64,000 nt of DNA, taken from Candidatus Atabeyarchaeum deiterrae. GTDB lineage: Archaea; Asgardarchaeota; Atabeyarchaeia; Atabeyarchaeales; Atabeyarchaeaceae. The notes beneath the pieces were generated by a model that was not told the DNA's origin, did not search any database, and saw nothing but the letters and a program-made list of their open reading frames with translations. The DNA lies in NCBI GenBank assembly GCA_037310415.1, contig CP147780.1:1824001-1888000 (forward strand), given 5' to 3'. Below are positions 1 to 10,220 of this stretch, piece after piece (positions within the stretch are counted from its first letter, which is position 1; every line of letters starts with the position of its first letter). Position numbers and translations under genes: made by a program.

Positions 1-41
1 CGCTGAGCTTCTTTTTTTGGGACCTCGGCCAGAATCTATTC

Positions 42-602
42 TTATTCACCCTTGTAACCATTGATGTAGGCGAACTTCTCGAAGGGTAGCCTCTCGGGTC
101 TTTGCTTCTCACTTAACTTCTGTTTCTCTGAGAGAACTGGGCTTATTGCCTGCGAGCGCTTACCTATGTTGATGAGGGTAATCAGTATCATGTCGTTAGG
201 AATGCCGAGTATTGCTTTCACCTTGTCTTCAGCGTATCCAGCAACAGGATGCGCAACGAGCCCCAGTTCAGTTGCTCTGAGAATGAGGAACGCTGCAGCC
301 ATGCCTGTGTCAAACAGGTAGTATATCCTCTCTCCGAAGACGCAGTCAAGTTCTTTCTTGCTGAATACTGCAATAATCATCGATGATGCTCTCATCCATT
401 CATTTCCCTTGGAAAAGGTTGAATGCAACTTCTTCAAGATTTCAGGGTCGTAGACAAAGATGTACCTCCAAGGCTGGAAATTGTTACACGAAGGCGTCAG
501 CTGAGCGCACTCTGCTAAGTCTTTGATCAGGTCTTCAGTTATCTCTACCTGGCCGAGGGAGCGATAAGCTCTTCTTTCAAGCATTGCCTGCTTTACATTC
601 AT
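42..602 (-). CDS. Nitroreductase family protein
   Basis: RRAYRS FMN-binding start, TPSCNNFQPW, DTGMAAAFLILRATELGL. Start moved to the ATG at 602 (MNVKQ). Confidence 0.9.
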   Translation of the reverse strand: MNVKQAMLERRAYRSLGQVEITEDLIKDLAECAQLTPSCNNFQPWRYIFVYDPEILKKLHSTFSKGNEWMRASSMIIAVFSKKELDCVFGERIYYLFDTGMAAAFLILRATELGLVAHPVAGYAEDKVKAILGIPNDMILITLINIGKRSQAISPVLSEKQKLSEKQRPERLPFEKFAYINGYKGE

Positions 603-740
603 AAGACCATCCACCTCTGAGTCTTGAAACCACATCCCAATATCATAGTTTTAGCGTTTTGTCAGACCTGAACCACAGATGAAAAGTCGCATGTCTCCTG
701 TGAACTCGCATCATGGTCGACAGTAAGCAGTCGACGTTTC

Positions 741-1229
741 CTAGAGTTTGAAGACCCTTTTACCGTACTGATTGACTTTTACATTGTTACAGACAAACGA
801 CTTTGAAGAAAGATCAATCAGCATTATCCCGATTTCTTTCTTCAAACGGTTTCTCACAAAGTCTATCGTCACAGTGTCGAATCCCTTCTCAGACACGTAA
901 GCCAGCCACGACCACTTGATGCTATTCTTAGACATGTACTGCTCAGTCGAGGCGACCATTTTCTCTAGCTGTTGAACTGATGGGTTCTCTCCACCCCTGG
1001 GGGAGAAAACCACGGCAAGGGTCTCCCATGCCGGAACTGCTACACGTCCGATTCTGGACAGGAGGAAGCCCTTCACAGCCATATTCCCTCGGACGAGAAG
1101 ATCAGCTTTTGCCTCGCCAAGTCTAGCTTGTCTCAAAGAGGAGTACCAAGTGCTTAGCAATTTGCCCTTGCTGTAAATCCTCTTCTCGACTTTGTCCACG
1201 TATTCATCTATCTTCACGGACTCCACCAA
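741..1229 (-). CDS. Hypothetical protein, possible PD-(D/E)XK-like fold
   Basis: Long ORF. The C-terminal pattern LAYVSEKGF..IGIMLIDL resembles restriction-endonuclease-like folds. Start moved downstream of the poly-T terminator at about 1356; exact start uncertain. Confidence 0.45.
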   Translation of the reverse strand: MVESVKIDEYVDKVEKRIYSKGKLLSTWYSSLRQARLGEAKADLLVRGNMAVKGFLLSRIGRVAVPAWETLAVVFSPRGGENPSVQQLEKMVASTEQYMSKNSIKWSWLAYVSEKGFDTVTIDFVRNRLKKEIGIMLIDLSSKSFVCNNVKVNQYGKRVFKL

Positions 1230-1355
1230 GAATCGGGGTGACTGCCCTCCAACATTCAAGGAATATGAAGGTTTGTGGATATTATCTTTTGCCTTCGCCA
1301 GGTTGCCAAATGTGAAACTATGACTCATAGCTGAGACAAACAAGGAATAACACAG

Positions 1356-1363
1356 AAAAAAAA
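1356..1363 (-). terminator. Oligo-T archaeal terminator after the APC permease
   Basis: Run of 8 A on + (T8 on -) about 25 nt after the permease stop. Confidence 0.5.
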
Positions 1364-1387
1364 GGTGGGGTTTGTGAGGCAAACCTT

Positions 1388-2977
1388 CTACTCTGGCGGG
1401 ATCGCACCGTAGATCTTACTTACATCAATGCCGCGTTTCTTATTTCTGCTCTTGTAGTAGAGGTAGATCGCCGCGCCCACGACGAACGTGATCAATGTCA
1501 GGGCAACTTCCAAGAACGGGTTGTACAGATAGCCAGCCATACTCACAAGTTCTTGGTTAAAGACGACGTAGAACACAAAGCCAATCGCGAACAGCCAGAA
1601 TATTATGCCAACGATCCCAAAGAAGTACAATGTGGCGGGTCCGCCCAGCTTCGCACCTTTCTCATATGCAGACTTGAACTTCTTTATGAAGAACAATGCA
1701 GCGATGCAGATGAAAAGATACGTGAAGGTGTCGATGATGGTTATGAAGAACAAAGAGAACAGCGGGCCAATCCCAGTTAGAATCACTCCAGGGATAGCCA
1801 AAGCGCAGCAAAGCACTATCGACCAAACTGGACTATGGAATCTCTCACTGACGTCAGCGAATTTTTCAGGGAACTCGCGGTCAAATGCCCAAGCGAAAGT
1901 TGATCTTGTTGCTATCGCCAAGAACGGCGGCAAGTCATTCAAGAGCCACAACGCCCCAGTAATTGCCACGAAAATCGCGACTATTGGTATTTGGAAGAAA
2001 TAGACCGCTGCAAACAATGGCAGAGTTGCGGGGGCGACACTTTTACCGTAGCCACCATTGCCGTATGCGTAGAGGAAGTTCGGTCCCACAGACAATGCCA
2101 GACCGCCAACATAGGCCACGAAGAACACTATTATCAAAAGCATTCCAATAACGTTAGATGTGATCATATTTCTCTTCGGGTTCTTGACTTCTCCTCCAAC
2201 GTATGATGCTGCGTAGAAAGCCGTGAAGGCAAAGATTACCCCCGGAAGCGCTGCAAGACTACCAATGAAAGATGGGGTGTATGTTGCCCCCGATGTCATT
2301 ATAGTGCCGTACGTTGCCGTCGATCCGAATACCGCATTCCAGAAACCTTGGAAGTCTCCTGCCGTATGCACCAGCAATCCGAAAATTGTAATGAGGCTTC
2401 CTATGACTGGAATTATGAAGAGCAACTGTACTACCCGACCCCAAATGTTGAAGCCCAGCACTGCGATCAAGGATATCAATATCACAAGTACGATAGCCAG
2501 AATCATCTGAACCAAGACATCGCCCAACAAGGTTCCTGCTGCCGTCAAGCCTGCGACGCCAGTTACTGCTCCCGCTATAGTGAAGCTGCTTCCCCAGAAG
2601 GATATATCCCACCACGCAAGAAGTCCTGTCGATAGAGCAATGGATACCCATGAGCCCCATGTAGTGAGGAACCCTGCTGCTGGGCTGACTGTCCTGCTTA
2701 TAATAACGTAGGGTCCGCCGGATCTAGGCATGGCGGATGACATTATGCCCAAGCATACTGCTGAACACAGGAATGGTATAGCAGCAAAGAGCACCATAAT
2801 CAAGGGATCCACTGTGTTGACGCTACCGGAATATCCGTATGATTGTACTGCGAAGCCGTTGATCCCTGCTCCTATGACTGCGCTCATAACCATTGCTATT
2901 GCCGTGAACCAGCCGATTTCTCGTACTAAGCCTGTTGCCTCTCTGGCGAATACTGTCTTACCCTTTCCCTTTGACAA
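1388..2977 (-). CDS. APC superfamily amino acid/polyamine permease
   Basis: FAREATGLVREIG start, MPRSGGPY, GGEVKNPKR, AWAFDREFP; about 12 TM. Confidence 0.93.
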   Translation of the reverse strand: MSKGKGKTVFAREATGLVREIGWFTAIAMVMSAVIGAGINGFAVQSYGYSGSVNTVDPLIMVLFAAIPFLCSAVCLGIMSSAMPRSGGPYVIISRTVSPAAGFLTTWGSWVSIALSTGLLAWWDISFWGSSFTIAGAVTGVAGLTAAGTLLGDVLVQMILAIVLVILISLIAVLGFNIWGRVVQLLFIIPVIGSLITIFGLLVHTAGDFQGFWNAVFGSTATYGTIMTSGATYTPSFIGSLAALPGVIFAFTAFYAASYVGGEVKNPKRNMITSNVIGMLLIIVFFVAYVGGLALSVGPNFLYAYGNGGYGKSVAPATLPLFAAVYFFQIPIVAIFVAITGALWLLNDLPPFLAIATRSTFAWAFDREFPEKFADVSERFHSPVWSIVLCCALAIPGVILTGIGPLFSLFFITIIDTFTYLFICIAALFFIKKFKSAYEKGAKLGGPATLYFFGIVGIIFWLFAIGFVFYVVFNQELVSMAGYLYNPFLEVALTLITFVVGAAIYLYYKSRNKKRGIDVSKIYGAIPPE

Positions 2978-3075
2978 ACCCTCTTCTCCTCTTGTCTCTC
3001 CATTTCGGAGTGTTTACTAGGTCTGGTAGAAGATGAATATATAGTTTTACATCGAAGGGGTCGGAAAGGGTGATT

Positions 3076-3813
3076 CTACCTTCTGACTTCCTCCACGTCT
3101 TCGTACCATTTGACTTTTTCACCTACTCTGTCGCGCATTCGCCATCTCATTGACTTTGGCTCATCTTCCAGCCTCTTTGCAAAAGTCTTGATTCTAGTCT
3201 TGATTGTCCGCATATGCTCATCTTTAAGCGCGTAGTCATCGACGAATTTGGAAATCTTCTCAGCATTCGTCGTGAGCGTCTTGTAAAGTCCCCAGTCTTC
3301 GGAGCATAGCTTGGCAATGTAGCCAATGTCTATCATGTCGTTGTCCTTTTTCCCAAACTCATGGTCGTTAAGTATGGCTATGGTGTCTCGAATGTCCTTT
3401 TCATTGATTTTGACTATCTGAAGCTTAGTGATGAGAAGGTCTTCGAGCGGGACAGTATACTCATCAATTTCTATTCTATTCTTAAGGTCCAACTTGTGGC
3501 ACATCTCAAAGACATCAAGGAAGATGTCTATGTCGATCTTCTTCTTCGTGTCCCAGAACTGCAGCCTTTTCCTTCCGTGCAGGGCATTAAACCTCTTGTT
3601 AGGCTCAAAACCCATGTCGGTAAGTATGTTCTTTATGTCCCTGTCTTGTTTTGCGTGGCCGACGAGGTCTATGTCAGCGTAGGTTCGTGTCAAACTTCTA
3701 TGTTTTGCGCTGGGGCAGCGCATTCCTATTGCCACTCCACCTAAGGCTCTAAGAACAACATTGCGCTTCTGTGCCTCATCGATGATTTTCGTAGCCTGCT
3801 CGACAATGTCCAA
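3076..3813 (-). CDS. Uncharacterised nucleotidyltransferase (Pol-beta superfamily)
   Basis: LGGVAI, ADIDL (DxD), third Asp in DIDIF, and C-terminal DLLITKLQ..KDIRD. Confidence 0.7.
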   Translation of the reverse strand: MDIVEQATKIIDEAQKRNVVLRALGGVAIGMRCPSAKHRSLTRTYADIDLVGHAKQDRDIKNILTDMGFEPNKRFNALHGRKRLQFWDTKKKIDIDIFLDVFEMCHKLDLKNRIEIDEYTVPLEDLLITKLQIVKINEKDIRDTIAILNDHEFGKKDNDMIDIGYIAKLCSEDWGLYKTLTTNAEKISKFVDDYALKDEHMRTIKTRIKTFAKRLEDEPKSMRWRMRDRVGEKVKWYEDVEEVRR

Positions 3814-3894
3814 TTCAATTCACGTCCAGAAGCTTGTATTCATTTTCTGGGTACCTCATCGACTTGCAGTATTGAAACAACGCACCGCTCTGTT

Positions 3895-4839
3895 CTAGCC
3901 TTCGACTCTCCAGTATTTGGAGATCTTGTCTTTCTCTAAGTCGACAAGGAACCCTCTTAAGATTCCCTCTCCGTACTCTGACCCAGGATTGACGCATAGG
4001 GTTTTGCCGAGTTTCGCTACTCCAGCTGACTCGTGAACATGCCCATGAAGTCCGAGTTTGGGTTCGTATTTTCTGAGCAAGTCGTATACTGAGGTGCTGC
4101 CCACTGGAATCATGACCTGCTGTCCACCAGTTACGACTGGTTTGAGCGTCTTGTCTAGCTTTGGCGCGGTATCGAGGCTGGTTTTGAACGGCGGAGCATG
4201 AAGGTTTGCGATCAGGTGGCTATAATCATCTGTGAGTTTGAAGAGACGTTCAAAACGCTTCAGAAGCTTGGGTTCTGGTTCCTCCCTTGCAGTGTTCCAT
4301 GGAGTGGGGTTCACCCACCCAGAGGTGATCATGGAATGATACTTGTCTACGTCAACAAGTTTCTCCTCAGGGTTGATCACTTTTTTGCCTGAATCGAGTA
4401 TGGCATCGATCGCGAATCTGTCGTCATTACCAGGGGAAACGAATACCTTCACCTCTCCTTCGAGTTTCCTGTCAGCTATTTCCATCCATCTTTTCATTCC
4501 TTCGAGAATCAGTTTGTCGAAAAGCTTGTCGAGCTTGCTCTTGCTTTTTTCCAACTCTTCATACTCACTCTTGCCGCAGACATATGGGTAGTAGCCGGTG
4601 GTCATGATCTTCGCCTTCAGCTTTTCGACCTCTTCCTTTGATCTTAGGACCTCGTCCCTTCCAAATGCTCGGGCTTCATATGTACCGTTAGCCTCTTCAA
4701 CTATTGGGATGATGAGTTTGCCGGTAATGTCTCCCCCCATTATGGATACATCTGCTTTGTAGAATTTCGCAGCATTGAGAAACTTCTTCCAGCAGATCTC
4801 ACTCCCGTGAATATCTGACGTGAAATATAGTCGTGTCAA
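3895..4839 (-). CDS. Calcineurin-like (Icc-related) metallophosphoesterase
   Basis: SDIHG, GGDITG, PGNDD, LHAPP and HGHVHE motifs. Confidence 0.9.
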   Translation of the reverse strand: MTRLYFTSDIHGSEICWKKFLNAAKFYKADVSIMGGDITGKLIIPIVEEANGTYEARAFGRDEVLRSKEEVEKLKAKIMTTGYYPYVCGKSEYEELEKSKSKLDKLFDKLILEGMKRWMEIADRKLEGEVKVFVSPGNDDRFAIDAILDSGKKVINPEEKLVDVDKYHSMITSGWVNPTPWNTAREEPEPKLLKRFERLFKLTDDYSHLIANLHAPPFKTSLDTAPKLDKTLKPVVTGGQQVMIPVGSTSVYDLLRKYEPKLGLHGHVHESAGVAKLGKTLCVNPGSEYGEGILRGFLVDLEKDKISKYWRVEG

Positions 4840-5040
4840 CCCAGCCTCTCCTCATGAAGCTTGACTTTATGAGGTATTTCAATCTTTGCTTTTCTTACTC
4901 GGCAGAGTTGGCCATGGGCTTGATGCCTCCACCTATGCGTACATTCAACAGCTGTACTTCATTCAAAAAGAAACGTATAACAATGGCGCCTGGCGGAGAG
5001 TCTCAACAGCCGAGCGCCATTTGAGTTGATCGATTATGGT

Positions 5041-5847
5041 TCAGAAGGATTCTTCGGTGATGTGTTTCTCGCAAATGGGACAACGGTCCTTGGTCTTGAG
5101 CCACTCTAAAATATGTTCTTTGTGTGCTGGATTTCCGCAGTGAGGACAGAATACGACGTCATCCGCTTTGCTGATTTCTAAGTTGCATACCATACATCTT
5201 TTCGCAAGGGCAGATCTTTCAGAGGCGATAGTCCTAGTGGCCATCGGTCCAACTTCGGTATATTCGGCTAGTCTTTGTGGTGAGAGTCTGCGGCCCCCTG
5301 CGGCCATGTTGCGAGCTACTATTGCCACTATCATCACTATGAATATGGCGACGGACGATAGCGGAAGAAAAACGACTAACATGAGACCTCCAGATCCCAT
5401 GAATCCACCCGAGAACATGGGACCAAGAAATACGAAGAGGAAGCCGAAGACGAAGATCATCGGGACTAACAGAAATGGCAGAACGATGAGTGGAGTCTTG
5501 TTGAATCCTCTTGTTGGAAGGATCTCGTTAGTTTCATCGCATTCCAATCTATCCACATCTACTGACTCAGGCACATTGTCACCTGTTTTCCACTTTCTGG
5601 CTCTACCCCAGATGGTGACTGTATTGCCTGGCATAACGCCAATGTTCTGCGCTCTCATGTCGATCAGACAGGTAACTGGCTTCCCACCAACTCTAACGGT
5701 CATAGCCCCCACCTGCTTAACCCAACTGCTCGCGCTGCCCTGCGCGCCGCTAACGCGGGTCTCAGGTGATATCCGGACTTCTACAACTATTCCGGTGAAT
5801 CTGACTAATAACGGGCGTGAAGCATTGTAGTTAGGATTGTAAGACAT
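5041..5847 (-). CDS. Membrane protein with N-terminal OB-like region, 2 TM and C-terminal RING-type Zn finger
   Basis: CMVC..CPHC..HKEH..W..CPIC at the C-terminus; two hydrophobic helices in the middle. Confidence 0.75.
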   Translation of the reverse strand: MSYNPNYNASRPLLVRFTGIVVEVRISPETRVSGAQGSASSWVKQVGAMTVRVGGKPVTCLIDMRAQNIGVMPGNTVTIWGRARKWKTGDNVPESVDVDRLECDETNEILPTRGFNKTPLIVLPFLLVPMIFVFGFLFVFLGPMFSGGFMGSGGLMLVVFLPLSSVAIFIVMIVAIVARNMAAGGRRLSPQRLAEYTEVGPMATRTIASERSALAKRCMVCNLEISKADDVVFCPHCGNPAHKEHILEWLKTKDRCPICEKHITEESF

Positions 5848-6126
5848 CGAGTTCCCTCAATTTTCTTGCGATTATTCACCTATTTCCTCTTTTGGGATAT
5901 TGATGAATATAAAATTTCTGATAGGCGTTGACGGAGGCACCTTTGAGTCCTAACGGCGGCATCAGATTGGTTTTTACTCAAGAACCACACGGAGCGAGAG
6001 GAATCAACTCGCTATTCGCTGATGAGAGTCAATGTGTTCGAATAGTCATTCTGGAGAAATAAAGCTACTCTTTTGTTACATCCTCAAGAGGGAGGCAATC
6101 GATGCCTCTGCATCCCAAGATCCATA

Positions 6127-7260
6127 TCAGAGCATCTTCTCATCAATCTTGACGTTCCTCCTTCTGAGCTCCTCAAGTACTCGCTGGGATACTCCCTCAT
6201 CTTGGCCGAGAATCTCCAAAGGCACCACACCTTTCTGCCCTACTTCCCCACCCGCGACGAGGAGTGAAAGAATTGCTATAGGGTAGCCTGTCGTGCGTGC
6301 CATCGAGGAGATATTACTCCTCTCGTCGAAACGGTCAAGGACCCGATACCTCACGGCTCCACTTTCTCCACTAACGTCGACCTGAAGAATCGTCAAGTCC
6401 TTTTCTCCCTTCCTCAGCTTCAGTGTGGAGGAAATGAAGGACTCCATGAAATCCCTAGGCTTCACTCCAAGGACGACCGGCTCACGCGCAAAGAGACCAA
6501 GATCAACCAGCGTTTTGATTTTTTCAACATGTCCAGGATACCTGATAGTTTTCTCATCCATGTCCTTGAGCTTCACAGTATTCACCAGTGTCCTCAACCC
6601 ATCAGTGTAGAAACACTCAAGCTTTCCAACGCCCGGAAACTCAAAGAGTTCCAAGCCTGATAGGGCCTCAACATCCACGATCTTTCCGTTCTTAACTATT
6701 CGGGCCTTCCTTGTGTATTCGTCAACGACTGCTTCGGCCGAGAAAACGAGTCTATAGTTCAAAGGCGGTTCTGGTTTCTGGGGCAGACCACCGACTTTTA
6801 TGCGTGCCTCCCTTGGATTCTTGACTTTGGTCAAACCAAGCCCTACAAGAAAGTTGCTGAGACCAGGGGCAACGCCGCAGTCCGGTACGATGATGATTCC
6901 TGCATGTTTTGCTTTTTCCGTGAGTGCTAAGGGGTTCTCCTCTCCGAATGACACGTCAACGAGGTCTACCCTCGCCTCTATTGCTGTCTCCATGACTCGG
7001 AAGCCTAGACTCCCAGGAACAGCGGAGGCGACAACATCGTATCCGCCTTTCATAACACTTGCAAGTGAATTCCTATCTGTGACATCCATCTTCTGATATT
7101 TGCACCCAGGAACGGTTCTGATTTCTCGATCTCCAATTACTACGTCTGCTCCGCTCCTGGCAAGCTCTTGAGCGAGAACAGAGCCAATCATTCCGGCACC
7201 AAGAACTAGGATTTTTGCCCCTTTGATCAACTCGAATCGCCCCGCTTGAATGTTTGTCAT
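6127..7260 (-). CDS. Saccharopine dehydrogenase family / lysine 6-dehydrogenase-like
   Basis: LGAGMIG Rossmann motif, DCGVAPGLSN, TDGLRTL, KTIRYPGH, MARTTG. Start moved to MTNIQ. Confidence 0.88.
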   Translation of the reverse strand: MTNIQAGRFELIKGAKILVLGAGMIGSVLAQELARSGADVVIGDREIRTVPGCKYQKMDVTDRNSLASVMKGGYDVVASAVPGSLGFRVMETAIEARVDLVDVSFGEENPLALTEKAKHAGIIIVPDCGVAPGLSNFLVGLGLTKVKNPREARIKVGGLPQKPEPPLNYRLVFSAEAVVDEYTRKARIVKNGKIVDVEALSGLELFEFPGVGKLECFYTDGLRTLVNTVKLKDMDEKTIRYPGHVEKIKTLVDLGLFAREPVVLGVKPRDFMESFISSTLKLRKGEKDLTILQVDVSGESGAVRYRVLDRFDERSNISSMARTTGYPIAILSLLVAGGEVGQKGVVPLEILGQDEGVSQRVLEELRRRNVKIDEKML

Positions 7261-7403
7261 CGAGCGCCATGGGTTGGCGTTGTTATATACTTTCTTCTGA
7301 TGACTGCAAATCGTGTACGCTAGAAGATCCTTTGGTTGGTTCAAGAACGAAGACAATGCTTTCGTTTATTGTTAAGCTCGGCATGGTAAACGCTGGGTTC
7401 GGT

Positions 7404-8318
7404 CTACTTGTGCTTGATGAAAGTCCCGTTCTCATACTCTTCGAAAGCTATCCTCAGTTCTTCTTCTGTGTTCATGACTATTGGGCCATACCACGCAACT
7501 GGTTCGCGAATCGGCTTCCCAGACATCAGAAGAAACCTTACCCCCTTGTCCCCCGCCGTGATTGCCAGTTGATCGCCATCTTCGTACATGACCAAGTTCT
7601 CTGCGCTGATGTCGGCACTGCGCTCAAAGTCAGAGTAACTGAGGCTCTCTATCCTCAAAGCATGGGGGTCTCTCCGCTGATCAAAGTACCCGTTCCCTTC
7701 TATCACATATGCGATCACCGTATGACCGCGCTTGACATTGCGTGAGAAACTGGCTTTTGCTGGGACCATGACATCCAAGTATTCAGGATCTGTAACAATA
7801 TCCCTGACTGGTCCCTTGACCCCGCCTGCCTCGCCACAAATGATCTTAACCTTGATACCATTGTCAAGAACAACCTGCGGGATCTGATCGCCCTTGACTT
7901 CCCTGTAGCGGGGATCCATCATCTTATGAGATGCCGGAAGATTCGCCCACAGCTGAAAACCCCACATCAACCCATCCTTTTGACCCTTAGGCATTTCCTG
8001 ATGAATAATACCGCTACCAGCGGTCATCCACTGCACATCGCCTGAACCAATGATTCCCTTATTACCCATACTATCCCCATGCTCGACTCGCCCATACAGA
8101 ACATATGTGATGGTTTCGATGCCTCTGTGAGGATGCCATGGAAATCCCTTTACATAGTCTCGCGAGTTTTTTGAATGGAAGTCGTCCAGCAGCAAGAATG
8201 GATCAGGTTGTGGGACGTGGAATGATCCGAATGCTCGCTTCAGGTGAACCCCAGCGCCCTCAATAGTAGCAGCGCTTCTCAGTATCCTCCTGATTTTTCT
8301 GACAATACTCATTGCCAT
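7404..8318 (-). CDS. Pirin family protein
   Basis: DPFLLLD, HPHRGIETITY, QWMTAGSGIIHQE, GPIVMNT. Confidence 0.95.
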   Translation of the reverse strand: MAMSIVRKIRRILRSAATIEGAGVHLKRAFGSFHVPQPDPFLLLDDFHSKNSRDYVKGFPWHPHRGIETITYVLYGRVEHGDSMGNKGIIGSGDVQWMTAGSGIIHQEMPKGQKDGLMWGFQLWANLPASHKMMDPRYREVKGDQIPQVVLDNGIKVKIICGEAGGVKGPVRDIVTDPEYLDVMVPAKASFSRNVKRGHTVIAYVIEGNGYFDQRRDPHALRIESLSYSDFERSADISAENLVMYEDGDQLAITAGDKGVRFLLMSGKPIREPVAWYGPIVMNTEEELRIAFEEYENGTFIKHK

Positions 8319-8491
8319 CGCCCACCTTCTGATTATATGGGATGCCGTATAAGAACTCCGTCGTAACCTTTGATTTTACAGAAGCAATACAAAGGATCTG
8401 CAAACGGGGTCGGCTTACCTTCTGGAGCAACTGCTGCAGGGCTCCAATGAGATCATGGCAAAGCCCCGCTAAAAACAAGAAGGTGTCTCAT

Positions 8492-8707
8492 CTATACAGC
8501 AGGTGCCATGAGGGAGAGTCTATCTTCTGTCATCTGAAGGACGGGTCTGAATTCCATGCACATAATAGCTTTCAGGGTTCCGGAGAACCTGCTGTGCGCT
8601 GCAAGCATCGGGCAGCTCTCTGAGTTTCCGCAATCGAGGCAGATTCCTTCGATTCTACACACTTCGATCACCCAGTCTTCCTCATTTTTGGTGTCCATAT
8701 TATTCAC
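8492..8707 (-). CDS. Small Cys-rich hypothetical protein
   Basis: 71 aa with CLDC..C..CMEF pattern; fills the gap between co-oriented genes. Confidence 0.45.
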   Translation of the reverse strand: MNNMDTKNEEDWVIEVCRIEGICLDCGNSESCPMLAAHSRFSGTLKAIMCMEFRPVLQMTEDRLSLMAPAV

Positions 8708-8843
8708 AAGACTGGCTCAAGTATTAGGGGAGACCGACGTAAAAGTGAATGTGAGATAGAGAAATTGCCAAAAGGTCAGAACTAAGAAAGGCAAACGCTC
8801 TATATTATCAGCCAGTCAGGGTACGCGTTCTACCAAGGATCCT

Positions 8844-10220
8844 TCAGCCTGATACTGTCAAATCGCCGAGTACCATGCTTGGTATCTTGCCAACATCCAA
8901 AAGGCGAGCATCTGAACCGATATGCGGAACCTTCTTGAGCGCTTCGAAGAAGCTGCCGGCCACACTTATGGATTCAAGCGGACGCGTTATTTCTCCTTTC
9001 TCGATTAGATAAGCATTTGGCGCTACTACACTAAACTCACCCGTTGTTAAGTTGGACATTCCGATGCCTATCACCTGGTCGGTGACGAGAATACCATCTC
9101 CGACTTCCTCAACCAGTTCGCTGGCGCTCTTGAGTCCATGGTTGACTACCAGGTTTGTCGTCGAAGTTTTGGGTAACTGGAGGAATGGCTCAGGCCACTC
9201 TCTTTTTGCATTACCAGTACTCTCCACATTTTCTCTGTGGGATGAGTAGCTGTTGTAGATGTATGACTTCAATACACCCTTTTCGATTATTGTGGTAGTG
9301 CGCATAGGAATTCCCTCCCCATCTATCATTGAGGTTTCGATCCCTTCTGGTAGTTGACCATCGTCAACGGCAGTAACGTTCTTGCTCGCCACTCCTTTGC
9401 CAAGCATGTTCTTGTAGCAGCTTCTGCCTTCGATCACATTTTCGGCGTCTGCCGCGGCGCCCAACATGTACGTGTATAATTCTCCGATGGACACGCTTTC
9501 CCATATCACATCGTTCTTTCCCGTCCTCCCAAGCGGTTTGGCTTTCAGCATCTTAAGTGCCTTGGTGGTTGCGTTTTCGCCAAGTTGGCTAAAGTCTACG
9601 AGTTCTCGTGTAACGATTAGATCCGATCCAGTCTTCTGTTTGCCTTCATCCGCTACCGTGCTCCTGGCGCTTGCCTTCATATATGCGGTTCTTGCAGATC
9701 CTTCTATTCCCCTTGAGTTTGCAACGGCATAACATGCTCTGACCACCGATAGACTGCCGTACAGCGATTTCACACGCTCATCATTTTGGAGCGCCCCTTT
9801 TGCAAGCTCACTGACGGACGCGAGCGCATCATCCTCAGATAACCCAATGATCCGTCTGTCGATGATGCCATCCTTTGAAGACATTGCAACGGGGTCTGGC
9901 AAGTGCTTGAAGCTAGGGTCCAAAGGGCGTATTCTTGCAACTGACATGGCCTCAATGACTGCATTTTCAACGCTCTTGCTGCTGGTTCCGGTTTCAGCAG
10001 CGAACCCCACCTTTCCTTCTACTACCACTCGGATTCCAAGACCAGCCGGGAAACCGCGCCGGCATTCGACAGTCTTTTTTCTAATGTTGACTGAAATGAT
10101 GTCTGCGGCTGAGAGGAAAGCTTCTGCCTCATTTGCGCCTTTCTGTATTGCTTTCCTGACTGCCGAGTCAGACAGAGCCAGTAGATCGCTCCGAAGTGAG
10201 TTCAAGTCTATGGTTGCCAT
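8844..10220 (-). CDS. pmbA: TldE/PmbA family protein
   Basis: DGEGIP, STGNAKR, TGEFSV; lacks HExxH; overlaps tldD by 1 nt. Confidence 0.9.
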   Translation of the reverse strand: MATIDLNSLRSDLLALSDSAVRKAIQKGANEAEAFLSAADIISVNIRKKTVECRRGFPAGLGIRVVVEGKVGFAAETGTSSKSVENAVIEAMSVARIRPLDPSFKHLPDPVAMSSKDGIIDRRIIGLSEDDALASVSELAKGALQNDERVKSLYGSLSVVRACYAVANSRGIEGSARTAYMKASARSTVADEGKQKTGSDLIVTRELVDFSQLGENATTKALKMLKAKPLGRTGKNDVIWESVSIGELYTYMLGAAADAENVIEGRSCYKNMLGKGVASKNVTAVDDGQLPEGIETSMIDGEGIPMRTTTIIEKGVLKSYIYNSYSSHRENVESTGNAKREWPEPFLQLPKTSTTNLVVNHGLKSASELVEEVGDGILVTDQVIGIGMSNLTTGEFSVVAPNAYLIEKGEITRPLESISVAGSFFEALKKVPHIGSDARLLDVGKIPSMVLGDLTVSG

